A stretch of 64,000 nt of DNA. Source: Opitutales bacterium (GTDB taxonomy: Bacteria; Verrucomicrobiota; Verrucomicrobiia; Opitutales; UBA2987). The stretch covers positions 384,001 through 448,000 of the forward strand of contig CBDDEL010000015.1 in the NCBI GenBank assembly GCA_965226885.1, written 5' to 3'. Positions within the stretch are counted from its first letter, which is position 1, and each line of letters begins with the position of its first letter. Positions 9,721-20,595 of this stretch are shown here, piece by piece. A program made the translations under genes and the position numbers. A model generated the notes under the pieces. The model saw only the letters and a list, made by a program, of their open reading frames with translations, did no database searches and was not told the origin of the DNA.

Positions 9721-10509
9721 ATGATGCGCCAATCACTCATCATGAAACGCATCAGAGCCGGACAGCCCGCCTTGGTGGCCTGTCTTTGCACCCCCATTCC
9801 TTGGTTTCCCCATTACGCAAAGAAAAATGGATACGATGGGGTTTGGTTGGAAACGGAACACCACATGTGGGACAACCGTGAAATTCAGTCCTACCTCTCC
9901 AGGCACCAATCCAGCGGCATCGATTGCATGGTACGGCCGGCCAGCCGTTCCGAAAGTGAAGTTTACCGGCTCCTCGATAGCGGTGCGACCGGTGTTATGA
10001 TTCCCCATGTCGAGTCACCGGAGGAGGCGCAAACATACGTTAATTCAATTAAATTTCATCCCCTCGGCGATCGCGGAGTGGACGGTTATGGTTTGGATAC
10101 CGTATATGGTTTGGAAAAACCGGACGACTACTTTGAAGAGTCCAACCGGGAACGTTTTCTCTGCGTTATGCTGGAATCCCCCGAGGCGGTTAAACAGGCC
10201 GACGCCATAGCCGCCGTGCCGGGAGTCGATCTGTTATTTATCGGTCCGGCGGACTTGTTGAGCCGCATGGAATTGCCGATTGACATCACCCATCCCGCTT
10301 ATCTTGAAGCCCAGCGGGAAATCAGTCAAGCCGTCCGATCCCAGGGCAAAGCCTGGGGTTGCCCTTGCCCCAACCCGGCAGCGGCAAAAGCCGCTCTGTC
10401 AGCGGGCGCGGGGTTGGTCGTGATGGGAGGTGATTTTCTTATCATTATAAATGGTCTGGAAAAATCATCACAAGATTTCAGAGAGTGCCGAGACCAACTC
10501 GCGGAATAA
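9721..10509 (+). CDS. HpcH/HpaI (2-keto-3-deoxy sugar-acid) aldolase family
   Basis: WLETEH, LDSGATGVMIPHV, GDRG, VMLES, VPGVDLLFIGPADL. Confidence 0.88.
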   Translation: MMRQSLIMKRIRAGQPALVACLCTPIPWFPHYAKKNGYDGVWLETEHHMWDNREIQSYLSRHQSSGIDCMVRPASRSESEVYRLLDSGATGVMIPHVESPEEAQTYVNSIKFHPLGDRGVDGYGLDTVYGLEKPDDYFEESNRERFLCVMLESPEAVKQADAIAAVPGVDLLFIGPADLLSRMELPIDITHPAYLEAQREISQAVRSQGKAWGCPCPNPAAAKAALSAGAGLVVMGGDFLIIINGLEKSSQDFRECRDQLAE

Positions 10510-10535
10510 TCCAACACAGTCGCTCAAGGCGGAAT

Positions 10536-10758
10536 TTCGGTAAAGGCCGAATGCTTCGGTAAAGGCCGAATGCATAGGTTAGCTTTTTTTACCACTACTA
10601 TGGAATTGCTACCGTTGAATGGCTGAAGTTGAATGGCTGAATTCCAATTTTAAGGCGCTTTCCATCGGGCCACGGGCCAACAACCCATCGGGCCACGGGC
10701 CAACAACCTATCCACTTTGAGTCAAATATTCCTAAAATTGAGTCAAATATTCCTAAAA
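10536..10758. repeat. Cluster of four unrelated tandem duplications (19, 14, 23, 21 bp)
   Basis: 10536-10573, 10614-10641, 10662-10707, 10717-10758; each unit exactly twice. Confidence 0.97.
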
Positions 10759-10768
10759 CATTGCGTCT

Positions 10769-13660
10769 ATGAAAAAATACTATGTTCGCTCAGTCCGGTT
10801 CCGCCGTCTTCCAGGGGCCTTTTTTTCCACTATTTCCAGCCTGCTGCTGTTGGCAGCCATGCTCCCGGGAGCCTCCAATCCGGAGGCATGGACACAAGAT
10901 ACCTTTGAAGATTTCTCCCGTGGCCAGCTTGGAAACGTCGGCAATAACATCTACGTAACCAGGGAGGGAAAGGTTGAAACCATCCAGCGATGGGATCTGA
11001 ACGAGGACGGATTCCTCGATATTATCTTCAACAGCACCCACGATAGAATGTCTTGGGTGCCCCCGACCCTGGCCGAAGTGGATTCGAGTGGAAAGGTTTC
11101 TTCCCGGAAACTGAGCGTTCTGGGTAGTAAAGCCGCGGTGGTCGGGGATTTTAATAAAGACGGCTATAGCGACATCGTCTTCATGCCAAACCAGCAAAAT
11201 GTGCAGGGCTCCTCACGCTATTACCTCACCATCATTTATGGAGGTCCGGACGGCTGGCCCGCGTCCAGAACACAACGACCGCTTCCCCTCTACAACCCAT
11301 CCGCTATTGAAAAGGCGGACCTCAACGCGGACGGCTGGCCGGACCTGGTGCTGGCGGAAAATTTTTCGGGGAAACCGGGATATCGCGATGGTCATTTCAT
11401 GAGTGTTTACTGGGGATCCGAAGATGGATTCAAAGTTGATTCCCTTTCCCAATTCGAGATCGATAAACCGGTCGGGATGGCCCGAGGCGATTTTGATGGC
11501 AGTGGGGGCGTTGATGTGGCCATTGTTGCGGCAGAATCGACGCTTTACACCCTCTACGCGACAAAAGACGCAGAACAAGACTGGGACTGGAAACCGATAT
11601 CCTATACACTCTCGGAAGGGAGTGCGGAAAAGGCAAAAGATTTGAATCTGCAGGCTGTTGCGGCGGAGGATATCAATGGGGACGGCATCCTCGATCTTGT
11701 TTTCGGAAGTTCCGAACCGCGTCTTTATATTCTCAATGGAGAATCAGGTAAGGATTGGGGCGCCCTTGAATCCATTGAAGCCTTTCCCGCCACCCAGGTG
11801 ACAGCCGGAGATATCGATGGGGACGGCGCGCCCGATCTGGTGCTGACCGATCTCAAACTGGGTCAAGCCATGGGAGGGGAAGCCGCCGGAGCCCGTCCCG
11901 ACAGCGTCAGTTCGGTGCGCATCCTATGGGCTGGATCGGATGGATACTCCGCCGACCGAATACTGGTGTTGAATATTCCGGCGGCCATTCACTCGGCTAT
12001 CGGGGAATTTAACGGTGACGGCCGTCCGGATTTAGCCATCGCCGTCCATCAAGGGACCATCACAACGGAAGCCGATTCTCTTCTCTATTTCGGAGCCTCT
12101 GAAAGAAGACTGGATCGGGCTTCAGAGGGCATTCCCACAAGCGGAGCCACCCAGGCGGTTGTGATACCCGGAATGAAGGACACGCCCGATAAGGTTGTGT
12201 TTACGAACAGTATGTTCACAACCTTGGGTGAACTGGTTCCCATACAGATCTACTGGGGCTCCTCGGAAGGCTTTTCACCGGATAATCGATCGGAATTCCC
12301 GAACCGCAGCGGGTATGAATCCAGCGCCGCCGATCTGAATAATGATGGCCAGGTTGACCTGGTATTTGTGAATTCCGGCCATGCCGGGCCTGCGTTTTCG
12401 AAAAACGATCCGGAATTGGGCGCCCATATCTACTGGGGGGGAAAAAGCGGGACGACTCCCGGTCCCAACAAATTCGATATCTCTCGAAGAACTGTTTTGA
12501 ATGAAATAAATCTCGGAGGCACCAATATTGCCGACCTGAATCGGGACGGATACCTCGATCTCATTCTCGGCGCCTTTGAAGGACCAGTCCTGGGCACGCA
12601 CCTGGTGATCTACTATGGGTCAAAGGAGGGATTCAGCGCTGCCGCTCGCGAGGCCATCCCCGTAACGGGCCGCTGCATTAGCCCCCTCGCGGCGGATCTG
12701 AACGGCGATAACTGGCTCGACCTCACCGTGGCTGCTTTTGATGCCGACACACTCTGGACCTTTTATGGCGGCCCGGATGGCTTTTTCGAGGAGAACCGAT
12801 CGAAGAACCGATCGAGACTCTACGTCTCGTCGCCGATCGATATCGAAGCGGCGGACCTGAACGGAGACGGGCATCTCGACATTGTGGCTTCCAGTTATTA
12901 TGACAAGAGCACCGGTTTATCCGATATGGGCAATCGGATTTTCTGGGGAAGCGCGGCCGGCTATACTGCGTCAAACGCCCAGTGGCTGCCGGGGACCGCA
13001 TCGATTGGCTTTGCCGTGGCGGATTTGGATGCAGACGGCTATCTCGACCTGTTCTGCCCCAATTACAATGCAATCGCCACTCGCGAGCATATTCCCTCTT
13101 ACCTTTACTGGGGTGGGCCCGATGGGTTTTCCCCTCAGCTTCGCACCATCATCGTGGCCACTTCGGCCCATGACGCTCAAGTCGCTGATTTTAATCGTGA
13201 CGGGCTTCTCGACCTGGCGTTATCCGAGCATTCAAGCAACAACGGACATATCATCGAATCCACGATATTCTATAATGATGGGAACCGCTTCTCCGACCCC
13301 GAGAAAACAAAGCTGCCCACCATCGGCACTCATTTTATGTGGGTCCAGGACATGGGAAATCTCTACCACCGGCGGTTTGAAGAAACCTACACATCAGAGG
13401 TCTTTTCCTGGAACCGATCCAGCCGCCATGGGGAACTGACCGTTCAGGCGCAAACACCTACGGGAAGCAGCCTGAAAGCCCAAGTCCGCTCTGCCGCAAA
13501 TTCCGGGGCGCTGGAAAACGCATCCTGGCGCCCGGTTAACGAGAATCGGCTCGCCCTCGCTCGCAAGGACCGGGTGCTCCAATACCGGCTCATGCTTCAT
13601 TCTCAATACGGGGATCTTTACCCGTCGGTTGAACGCGTTCAGGTAAACATCGGTCCCTGA
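10769..13660 (+). CDS. Secreted 14-repeat FG-GAP/VCBS-like protein, paralog 1 (963 aa)
   Basis: Signal peptide; WTQDTFEDFSRG..GNNIYV; 14 DxxxDG repeats (8th degenerate); YWG motifs; C-terminal QVRSA...LQYRL...P. Confidence 0.9.
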   Translation: MKKYYVRSVRFRRLPGAFFSTISSLLLLAAMLPGASNPEAWTQDTFEDFSRGQLGNVGNNIYVTREGKVETIQRWDLNEDGFLDIIFNSTHDRMSWVPPTLAEVDSSGKVSSRKLSVLGSKAAVVGDFNKDGYSDIVFMPNQQNVQGSSRYYLTIIYGGPDGWPASRTQRPLPLYNPSAIEKADLNADGWPDLVLAENFSGKPGYRDGHFMSVYWGSEDGFKVDSLSQFEIDKPVGMARGDFDGSGGVDVAIVAAESTLYTLYATKDAEQDWDWKPISYTLSEGSAEKAKDLNLQAVAAEDINGDGILDLVFGSSEPRLYILNGESGKDWGALESIEAFPATQVTAGDIDGDGAPDLVLTDLKLGQAMGGEAAGARPDSVSSVRILWAGSDGYSADRILVLNIPAAIHSAIGEFNGDGRPDLAIAVHQGTITTEADSLLYFGASERRLDRASEGIPTSGATQAVVIPGMKDTPDKVVFTNSMFTTLGELVPIQIYWGSSEGFSPDNRSEFPNRSGYESSAADLNNDGQVDLVFVNSGHAGPAFSKNDPELGAHIYWGGKSGTTPGPNKFDISRRTVLNEINLGGTNIADLNRDGYLDLILGAFEGPVLGTHLVIYYGSKEGFSAAAREAIPVTGRCISPLAADLNGDNWLDLTVAAFDADTLWTFYGGPDGFFEENRSKNRSRLYVSSPIDIEAADLNGDGHLDIVASSYYDKSTGLSDMGNRIFWGSAAGYTASNAQWLPGTASIGFAVADLDADGYLDLFCPNYNAIATREHIPSYLYWGGPDGFSPQLRTIIVATSAHDAQVADFNRDGLLDLALSEHSSNNGHIIESTIFYNDGNRFSDPEKTKLPTIGTHFMWVQDMGNLYHRRFEETYTSEVFSWNRSSRHGELTVQAQTPTGSSLKAQVRSAANSGALENASWRPVNENRLALARKDRVLQYRLMLHSQYGDLYPSVERVQVNIGP

Positions 13661-13755
13661 ATTCCATGACCCCGAGAGTTTACTCGAACGGGAAGGGCGA
13701 CAGGTCTCTTCGGCCGTCAGATTTGAAGCTGCCTAACGTAATTAGTAAGTAATTC

Positions 13756-15255
13756 GTGCACCTGCACACTTTAGATTTCGTCGTCATCACCCTCTACCTC
13801 GTCGGCCTCCTGGGAGTTGGTTTTTTCTTTGCGGGCCGCCAGAAGGGCAAGGAAGACTACTTCCTCGGCAACCGGAAAATGCCCTGGTTTCTAGTCGGAA
13901 TCAGCGTCGTCGCAACTTTGCTTTCTACCGTAACCTACCTCGCGGTACCAGGGGAAATGATCCGTTATGGGATCGGGTTCGCATCTCTGCTCCTGTCCTT
14001 CATTTTTATCATTCCGTTCGTCAACCGGATCATCATTCCCTTTCTCATGAACCTGCGGGTGACGAGCGTTTACGAGTACATCGAAGAGCGCTTTAATGTG
14101 CAGACCCGCCTCCTGGCCGCTTCGGCCTTCATAATTTCCCGGATCATCTGGACGGGTTTGATCACCTACATGGCTTCCTTCGCCATTGCTTCCATGACCG
14201 GTTGGAATAAGCCCATGATTATACTGTTCATCGGTCTCATCACGACCGTATATACCTCCGCGGGCGGAATAAGGGCTGTCATGTGGACCGATTTTGCTCA
14301 GTTTGTCATCTTGTTTGGCGGGGCCTTGTTCGTTTTGTTATACATCGCCATCACTACCCATACCGGGCCGCTCACCTGGTGGGAGACCTTTTCCGCTGCC
14401 GGTAGAACCGAAGTGCCGGTATTCAGCCTGGACCCCGAAGTGCGGCTGACCATGGTGGGAATGATTGCTATCGGTTTTATCTGGAACATTTGCACCCATG
14501 GGGCCGACCAGGTAGCCGCTCAACGCTACCTGAGCACTCCCTCAGCCGCCGCCGCCCGACGCTCCGTCTGGATTTTTTCCATAGCAAACGTAGGCATGAT
14601 TTTGATCCTGATGGTTATCGGTCTGGCCCTCTTTTACTTCTTCTTCCTGAAATCCGGCCTCCCGGTACAGGAATTCCAGGAAAAAATCGCGCCCGAAGCG
14701 GACCAACTGTTTCCACGATTCATCGCAACAGAGCTACCTCCGGGAGTGTCGGGACTCATCCTGGCCGCTATTCTCGCTGCCGCAATGTCCAGCTTGAGTT
14801 CCGCTATCAATTCAATTTCCACAGTGGCGGTGACGGATTTTCTCGATCGTTTCAAAGTCCTCGAAAAGTACCAGGACCACCTCTACCTCGCTGTGGGGAT
14901 GGCGGTTTTAGGTGGTTTGCTGGGAATATTTTCCGCTCTCACCGTAAATCAATTCATGGAATCGGGAGAGTGGAATCTTCTGGAACTGACGGAACGCGCC
15001 AACCACCTCTTCGTAGCCCCACTGGCAGTTCTCTTTTTTGTCGGCATTCTTTTTCCCCGGGCCGACCCAAGGGCCGCCCTCGCCGGATTTTTCGCCGGTT
15101 TGGCAACCGCTATATTCGTCGCCTTCAGCAAGGAACTGTTTGGCATGGAAACCCCGATTGGTTTTATCTGGGTCCTCCCCGGATCCTTTTCAATCAGCTT
15201 TGTTGTCTCCTGGTTGATGAGCCTCGTCTTTCCCCAAAAACCTTCCGCCTCTTAA
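13756..15255 (+). CDS. Sodium:solute symporter (SSS family, SiaT-like)
   Basis: DYFLGNRKMPW, SVYEYIEERF, GGIRAVMWTD, AAAMSSLSSAINS; many TM helices; GTG start. Confidence 0.92.
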   Translation: MHLHTLDFVVITLYLVGLLGVGFFFAGRQKGKEDYFLGNRKMPWFLVGISVVATLLSTVTYLAVPGEMIRYGIGFASLLLSFIFIIPFVNRIIIPFLMNLRVTSVYEYIEERFNVQTRLLAASAFIISRIIWTGLITYMASFAIASMTGWNKPMIILFIGLITTVYTSAGGIRAVMWTDFAQFVILFGGALFVLLYIAITTHTGPLTWWETFSAAGRTEVPVFSLDPEVRLTMVGMIAIGFIWNICTHGADQVAAQRYLSTPSAAAARRSVWIFSIANVGMILILMVIGLALFYFFFLKSGLPVQEFQEKIAPEADQLFPRFIATELPPGVSGLILAAILAAAMSSLSSAINSISTVAVTDFLDRFKVLEKYQDHLYLAVGMAVLGGLLGIFSALTVNQFMESGEWNLLELTERANHLFVAPLAVLFFVGILFPRADPRAALAGFFAGLATAIFVAFSKELFGMETPIGFIWVLPGSFSISFVVSWLMSLVFPQKPSAS

Positions 15256-15276
15256 AATTCTCCTGAATCCACAATC

Positions 15277-18129
15277 ATGCTCACCTCCCGTTACCGCTCA
15301 TCAATTCTCCCCCTCGCGATAGCCTGCACTTTCTTCGCCGTTCCTTTCGGCCTCTCGGGCGAGTCCGAAAAAAAGGCAGACCAGCGGACCTCCGGGAAAC
15401 GTGCCTGGGTTACTCAATCCTGGGAAGATTTCGAGGCCGGCACTTTCTCCGACGGAGGGGTCAACATGTATGCCGCGGCCGACGGCACCCTCAGGTTGAT
15501 CAATCTCTGGGATCTGAATGGGGATGGCAATATCGAGCTTCTTCTTCCCAACTCCCATGGGTCCAACAGCAAGCCGGACCTCTATATTTATTGGGGGCGC
15601 GACGAATGGTCCGAGGATTCCCGGACCCGTCTGCCGGCGAATGGCGCCAAATCGGCCGCCGTGGCGGATTTCAATCTCGATGGCTGGCCGGATCTGGTGG
15701 TCGCAAACCGTTCTAATGGTATAAGGAATGACCTGGACAGCTTCATCTATTGGGGAAGCAAAACCGGCATGTCGCAGGAACGGCTAACCCGGCTACCGGC
15801 TGTAGGACCCGAGGCGGTAGCCGCCGCGGACCTGAACGGAGATGGCTTCCCCGAAATCGTCATAGCGAACAACGGGATGGGTTATCACGTCGCGGAAGAT
15901 TCGTTTCACCGGTCTTTTATTTACTGGAATCGGGAGGGCGCCTTTTCCCCCCAGGACCGGACCGAATTGGAAACATCCAATGCCCAAGGAGTTGCGGTAG
16001 GCGATTTCAACCAGGACGGAAAACTCGATATCGCCTTTGCTAATAAAGGAAACGAGGAGGGAGAGGCCGGCATCTTTATCTACCTGGCGCAGTTAAGGGG
16101 TGAATTCGCAGATCAACCCTCGATACACCTTCCGGGTGAGCGCAGCAGCGCCCTGGTTGCCCACGATCTGAACGGTGACGGCTGGCTCGATCTGGCCCTC
16201 GCAAACGCCTTTCGCCTTAAGGACCGCGAAGGTGGAATTTACGACATCGTGGATACGGTCGCTCTGGATTCCCCGGTTTATTGGGGCGGTCCGGATGGAT
16301 TTTCCGAGGAGCGCGCAACACTGCTTCCCACTGTCAGCCCGACGGCGGTGGACGCAGGGGATCTCAACGGTGATGGCTGGCCCGACCTGGTATTCGCGCA
16401 AACCGCAGGTGGACACAGCTTTGTTTACTGGGGCAGTCCGCAAGGACCGGCCCGGAACCGACGCTTGCAAATTCCGGGCGCCCATTCAGCCACCCGTATC
16501 GCGGACCTGGATGGCGATGGGCGCAATGACCTCATGCTTTCCACAAACGTAGTATCCGGATCCAGCGATGCCCCCACTACCATTTACCTAGGGCGGGACG
16601 ATGGCCTGTCGCTCAGCGATACCCTGGTGGTCCCCTCCTCGCATGCCGGCGGCCTGGTGGCCGCAGATCTGGATCTGGACGGAAAGAAGGATCTGGTCGT
16701 CATCAACATCTCGTCGGGAGGGGGCATTGGAGCCCCAGCCTACATCTACTGGGGGGAGCCGGACGGACGGTTTTCCCCATCCAACCTCACCCTGCTCCCC
16801 GGCACCCAAGGCTCGGGCTCCAATGCGGCGGCCGATTTCAACGCTGACGGACACGTTGACATTCTTATCGCGCAAAACCCTCCCATCATTTTCTGGGGAG
16901 GTGAGAAAGGCTTTTCAGAAGAGCGATCGGAAGCCCTACCCTCTGAACCCGGCTTTTCAGGACGAACCGCGGATTTCAATCGTGACGGGTATCTCGACCT
17001 GGCCATGAGCGAATGGGAACCAGGCAGCGATTCGACTCACCTTTATTGGGGAGGCCCGGGAGGTTATTCTAAGGCAAACAGCCAGACTTTCCCGATCGGG
17101 GGCGTCCGTTATCACACCATCGCGGATCTGAATCAAGACGGATGGGTGGACCTGCTTTATCCCAATTCCTCCGATCAATATGTAGCCATTTTCTGGAACG
17201 GGCCCAATGGGTTTGCGCCGGTTAAAGAGACACGGCTGCCCGCGCGAGCCACCGTCGTCATTGAAGTCGCCGACCTCAACGGGGATGGATTCCTTGATGT
17301 CATTGTTCCGAACATGTATGATAAAAATCCGGCTCCAGGTAAGACCCGGGCATTCGGGGGATCACCCGAGGGAGACACCTTTATCTACTGGGGAGGACCG
17401 GAAGGGCCGGACCCCGGCAACCGCACCGTGCTGCCATCCATCGGAGTGCACGACGCGGCCGTCGCCGATTTAAACCGGGACGGGCACCTCGATCTGGTTT
17501 TGACCTCCTATCACGCCGGGGTAACCCGTTCTCATCCCTCTTATATTTACTGGAACAGCGCCGAGGGGTTCGACACGCGCCGGGTAACGATGCTACCGAC
17601 CCATTCCGCCGCCGGAGTCCTGGTGGCCGACTTTGACCGCGATGATTGGCCGGATATCTTCTTTGCCAACCATACCCGCGATGGCAATCATACTAACGAA
17701 TCCTGGTTGTATTGGGGATCGGCCGATGGTTTTTCACAGACCCGGCGATTGTCTTTGCCCGGGCTTGGCCCGCACAACCTGACCGTAACCGATATCGGTC
17801 ATATTGCAGACCGAAGTGATATCTGGACCTACACCTCCCAGCCCTATTATGCCGGCTCCGGCTCCCGCTTTACTCGTCTGGAATGGGAGGCGGATACCCC
17901 GCACCGCACTCGGGTCGCCTTCCAGGTCCGCGCCGCCTCCGATAGCGAGGCCCTGGGTGATGCCCCCTGGACCGGACCCAAGGGTCCGGATTCCTTCTGG
18001 GATACTTCCGGGGCCCGTCTGCCCGGTTCCCTTTCTCCGAACGCCTGGGTGCAATACCGTATCCGGCTGATTAGCCCGAATTCCGCTAATTCCCCGATCG
18101 TGCGGTCCGTCACTCTTTATCACCGCTGA
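15277..18129 (+). CDS. Secreted 14-repeat FG-GAP/VCBS-like protein, paralog 2 (950 aa)
   Basis: Same architecture as paralog 1; 14 repeats counted. Confidence 0.9.
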   Translation: MLTSRYRSSILPLAIACTFFAVPFGLSGESEKKADQRTSGKRAWVTQSWEDFEAGTFSDGGVNMYAAADGTLRLINLWDLNGDGNIELLLPNSHGSNSKPDLYIYWGRDEWSEDSRTRLPANGAKSAAVADFNLDGWPDLVVANRSNGIRNDLDSFIYWGSKTGMSQERLTRLPAVGPEAVAAADLNGDGFPEIVIANNGMGYHVAEDSFHRSFIYWNREGAFSPQDRTELETSNAQGVAVGDFNQDGKLDIAFANKGNEEGEAGIFIYLAQLRGEFADQPSIHLPGERSSALVAHDLNGDGWLDLALANAFRLKDREGGIYDIVDTVALDSPVYWGGPDGFSEERATLLPTVSPTAVDAGDLNGDGWPDLVFAQTAGGHSFVYWGSPQGPARNRRLQIPGAHSATRIADLDGDGRNDLMLSTNVVSGSSDAPTTIYLGRDDGLSLSDTLVVPSSHAGGLVAADLDLDGKKDLVVINISSGGGIGAPAYIYWGEPDGRFSPSNLTLLPGTQGSGSNAAADFNADGHVDILIAQNPPIIFWGGEKGFSEERSEALPSEPGFSGRTADFNRDGYLDLAMSEWEPGSDSTHLYWGGPGGYSKANSQTFPIGGVRYHTIADLNQDGWVDLLYPNSSDQYVAIFWNGPNGFAPVKETRLPARATVVIEVADLNGDGFLDVIVPNMYDKNPAPGKTRAFGGSPEGDTFIYWGGPEGPDPGNRTVLPSIGVHDAAVADLNRDGHLDLVLTSYHAGVTRSHPSYIYWNSAEGFDTRRVTMLPTHSAAGVLVADFDRDDWPDIFFANHTRDGNHTNESWLYWGSADGFSQTRRLSLPGLGPHNLTVTDIGHIADRSDIWTYTSQPYYAGSGSRFTRLEWEADTPHRTRVAFQVRAASDSEALGDAPWTGPKGPDSFWDTSGARLPGSLSPNAWVQYRIRLISPNSANSPIVRSVTLYHR

Positions 18130-18244
18130 CGGATGTTCTCGCAGGCGGAAGTTCATGCACTACTCCGCGCTCGGGCAGCGCGCAACGTGCTTTTGAGCTA
18201 CGACGAGTAATGGAGGCTTTTCACACCCATCCGTTCAAGGAGAA

Positions 18245-19332
18245 TTGACAGTGTCCAGATTATTCGGCCGCACCTACTCCAAGCAGCAACTCCGAGACCG
18301 TACGGGTGACATGAGCCAACTGGCCGGCGCCCGCTACGCTCACCTTGTCGAAGGCAATGAGCGCGGCGCCGACCTCATCGAAGTCTTCAACGCATCAGGT
18401 CTGTGCTTCTCGGTGCTGCCCGGCCGCTCCCTGGACATCGCTTCAGCCCACTTCAAGGGCATGTCCCTGTGCTTCCGCGGCAATACCGGCGACGTCGGCC
18501 CGGCCTTCTACGAACCCCAGCGCGCCGGCTGGATGCGCGGCTTCTTCGGCGGCCTGGTCACCAGCTGCGGCCTGATTTTTGTCGGGCACCCGGAGACAGA
18601 CCCCGAGGAGGAGAATGAGGAGCTTGGCCTGCACGGCCGTCTCTCCTTCATCGCGGCCAAAGGTGTCGTTGCCGATTGCGATTGGCAACACGAGGAATAT
18701 GTTGTAAAGGTCCGTGGCCGCATACGCGAAGCCGTCGCATTGCATTCGGCACGGACTTGGAACTCAGGCGCGAGATCAGCACCGTCCTGGGAGAGAAATG
18801 CCTACGCATTCACGACCGCGTCGAAAACCTGGGCGCCGACCGCTCGCCTTTGATGTTCGTCTACCACAGCAATCCCGGCTTTCCGCTTTTGGACGCCGGT
18901 GCGCGCCTCGTGCTGCACAGCCGCTTGAGCACCGCGAGGAGCGACGGCCGGCAAGTCCTTCCCGAGGAATATACCATAGCCAAAGGACCGCGGAAGAAAA
19001 TGCGCGACGATGTCTATCTGCACCGCCCCATGGCCGATAAAGACGGCAATGTGCATGTCGGCCTGATCAACGATAAGCTGGCCTTGGGCCTCTATTGGAA
19101 GTTCCCCATCGCCGAGCTCCCCATCCTCAACCACTGGCAGCACTTCCACCGGGGCACCTACGTCACAGGCATCGAGCCGGGCAACACCTCAGTGCTGGGG
19201 CGGAAGTGGAACCGTGAGCATGGCACCCTGCAGTACATCGGACCGGGCGAAATACGGCATTTCCACTTGGAAATCGGAGTCCTTGAGGGCAAGAAGGAGA
19301 TCGCCAATTTCGAGCGTATGGTGGCGCCCTAA
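18245..19332 (+). pseudogene. DUF4432/aldose 1-epimerase family protein, frameshifted
   Basis: VLPGRSLDI, GGLVTSCGL, GLHGRLS, YHSNPGFPLL, GIEPGN. Removing one copy of gcatt x2 (18737-18746) joins the two ORFs as EAVAFGTDLELRREI. Confidence 0.88.
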
Positions 19333-19464
19333 ACCGGATTCGAGCGCGTCCGGTTCCCTTTGTTGTGCAATAAAGAGAATCTCCCCGGGAACATTAAAAA
19401 ATAGAATATGCACTTACACCCGCACGATTTCGTTGTCATCACCCTCTACTTTGGCGGCCTCTTA

Positions 19465-20595
19465 TACCAAATCGCAAAAGGATTGATAAAGATTAAAAAA
19501 CAGCTATAAAGGCGGAATGAGAAGATATATGGGAACCGATGAAGACCGTGAACGTATCAAGAAATTGCTCAACAAAGAGGCTGTCGGCTGGCGTAAAGAG
19601 CGTTTGGTGGCATTAAAAATGGGCTTCCAGCCGCACCACAGCATTGATGAAATTGGAGCCATCGTGGGCCGAGGCAAAGCGACGATCCAGCGTTGGTTTG
19701 ACAAATATCGTGCTGCAGGGCTCGGGGCGGTGCTTACACGCGCCTACAAAGGCGGGATCAAAAGCCGTTGCGACAAAGAGGTGGAGGCCTTCTTGCTCAA
19801 TGGTTTGAAGGTCGCGCGCTGGAACACAGCCGTTCAGGCGGGGCAAGAGCTGGAGCGACATTTCGGGCGCTCCTTCGCCTACAAGACGGTGTGGCGATGG
19901 CTAAAAAAATGCGCCGGGGTGCTTCGAGTCCCTCGCCCCGTGCATGAGAAACGGGACTCGGCAAAAGCGGAAGCGTTCAAGCGAGACTTTTTTAAGATCC
20001 TCCAGGAGCTTTCCCTCACCCGAGGCAATCGGGTTCGGGTGTGGTTTGCCGATGAAAGCCGTTTTGGTTTGCTTCCGGTGTACCGCCGGTGCTGGACGCA
20101 AAGAGGGCTTCGGCCGCACAAAAAATATCAGACAAGATACCAGTGGAGCTACTGTTACGGAGCCCTCGACGTGGTCAACGGCGAGATGGTATGCATCCAA
20201 ACCCCTAGCACGAATCTACAGTGGACGGAGGCTTTCCTCCAACAGATCAAAAAGCAATATCCTGAGGAGGAACATGTGGTTGTATGGGACGGGGCAGGCT
20301 TCCATCCGCACGACTCGGAGCACCCCAACGTCCCCCCGGGCATACATATCGTGAATTTGCCGCCGTATAGTCCTGAACTCAACCCGATTGAAAGACTTTG
20401 GGATATGATACAGGATCAAACGGCCAACAAACTGTGGCCGAGCATTGAGCGACTCGAAGAAGTCGTCGCAACCCATCTCAAAGACTGGTGGGAGGACACT
20501 GAAAAAGTCCTCTCTTTAGTTGGCGGAGGCTGGCAGCACATTCAAGCAAACGCTTCTGCCAAATAACTTATTATCATACCTAATGAGATTTGGTA
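19465..20595 (+). mobile_element. IS630-family insertion sequence (~1131 bp)
   Basis: Ends TACCAAATCGCA / TGAGATTTGGTA; (T)TA duplicated at 19462-19464 and 20596-20598. Confidence 0.92.
19517..20566 (+). CDS. IS630 transposase (single ORF)
   Basis: WFADESRFG, VVWDGAGFH, LPPYSPELNPIERLW. Confidence 0.95.
   Translation: MRRYMGTDEDRERIKKLLNKEAVGWRKERLVALKMGFQPHHSIDEIGAIVGRGKATIQRWFDKYRAAGLGAVLTRAYKGGIKSRCDKEVEAFLLNGLKVARWNTAVQAGQELERHFGRSFAYKTVWRWLKKCAGVLRVPRPVHEKRDSAKAEAFKRDFFKILQELSLTRGNRVRVWFADESRFGLLPVYRRCWTQRGLRPHKKYQTRYQWSYCYGALDVVNGEMVCIQTPSTNLQWTEAFLQQIKKQYPEEEHVVVWDGAGFHPHDSEHPNVPPGIHIVNLPPYSPELNPIERLWDMIQDQTANKLWPSIERLEEVVATHLKDWWEDTEKVLSLVGGGWQHIQANASAK

Noticed and set aside
10536..10758. 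Possible CRISPR-like array
   Set aside because: Four different units each doubled head-to-tail; no common repeat with spacers and no cas genes
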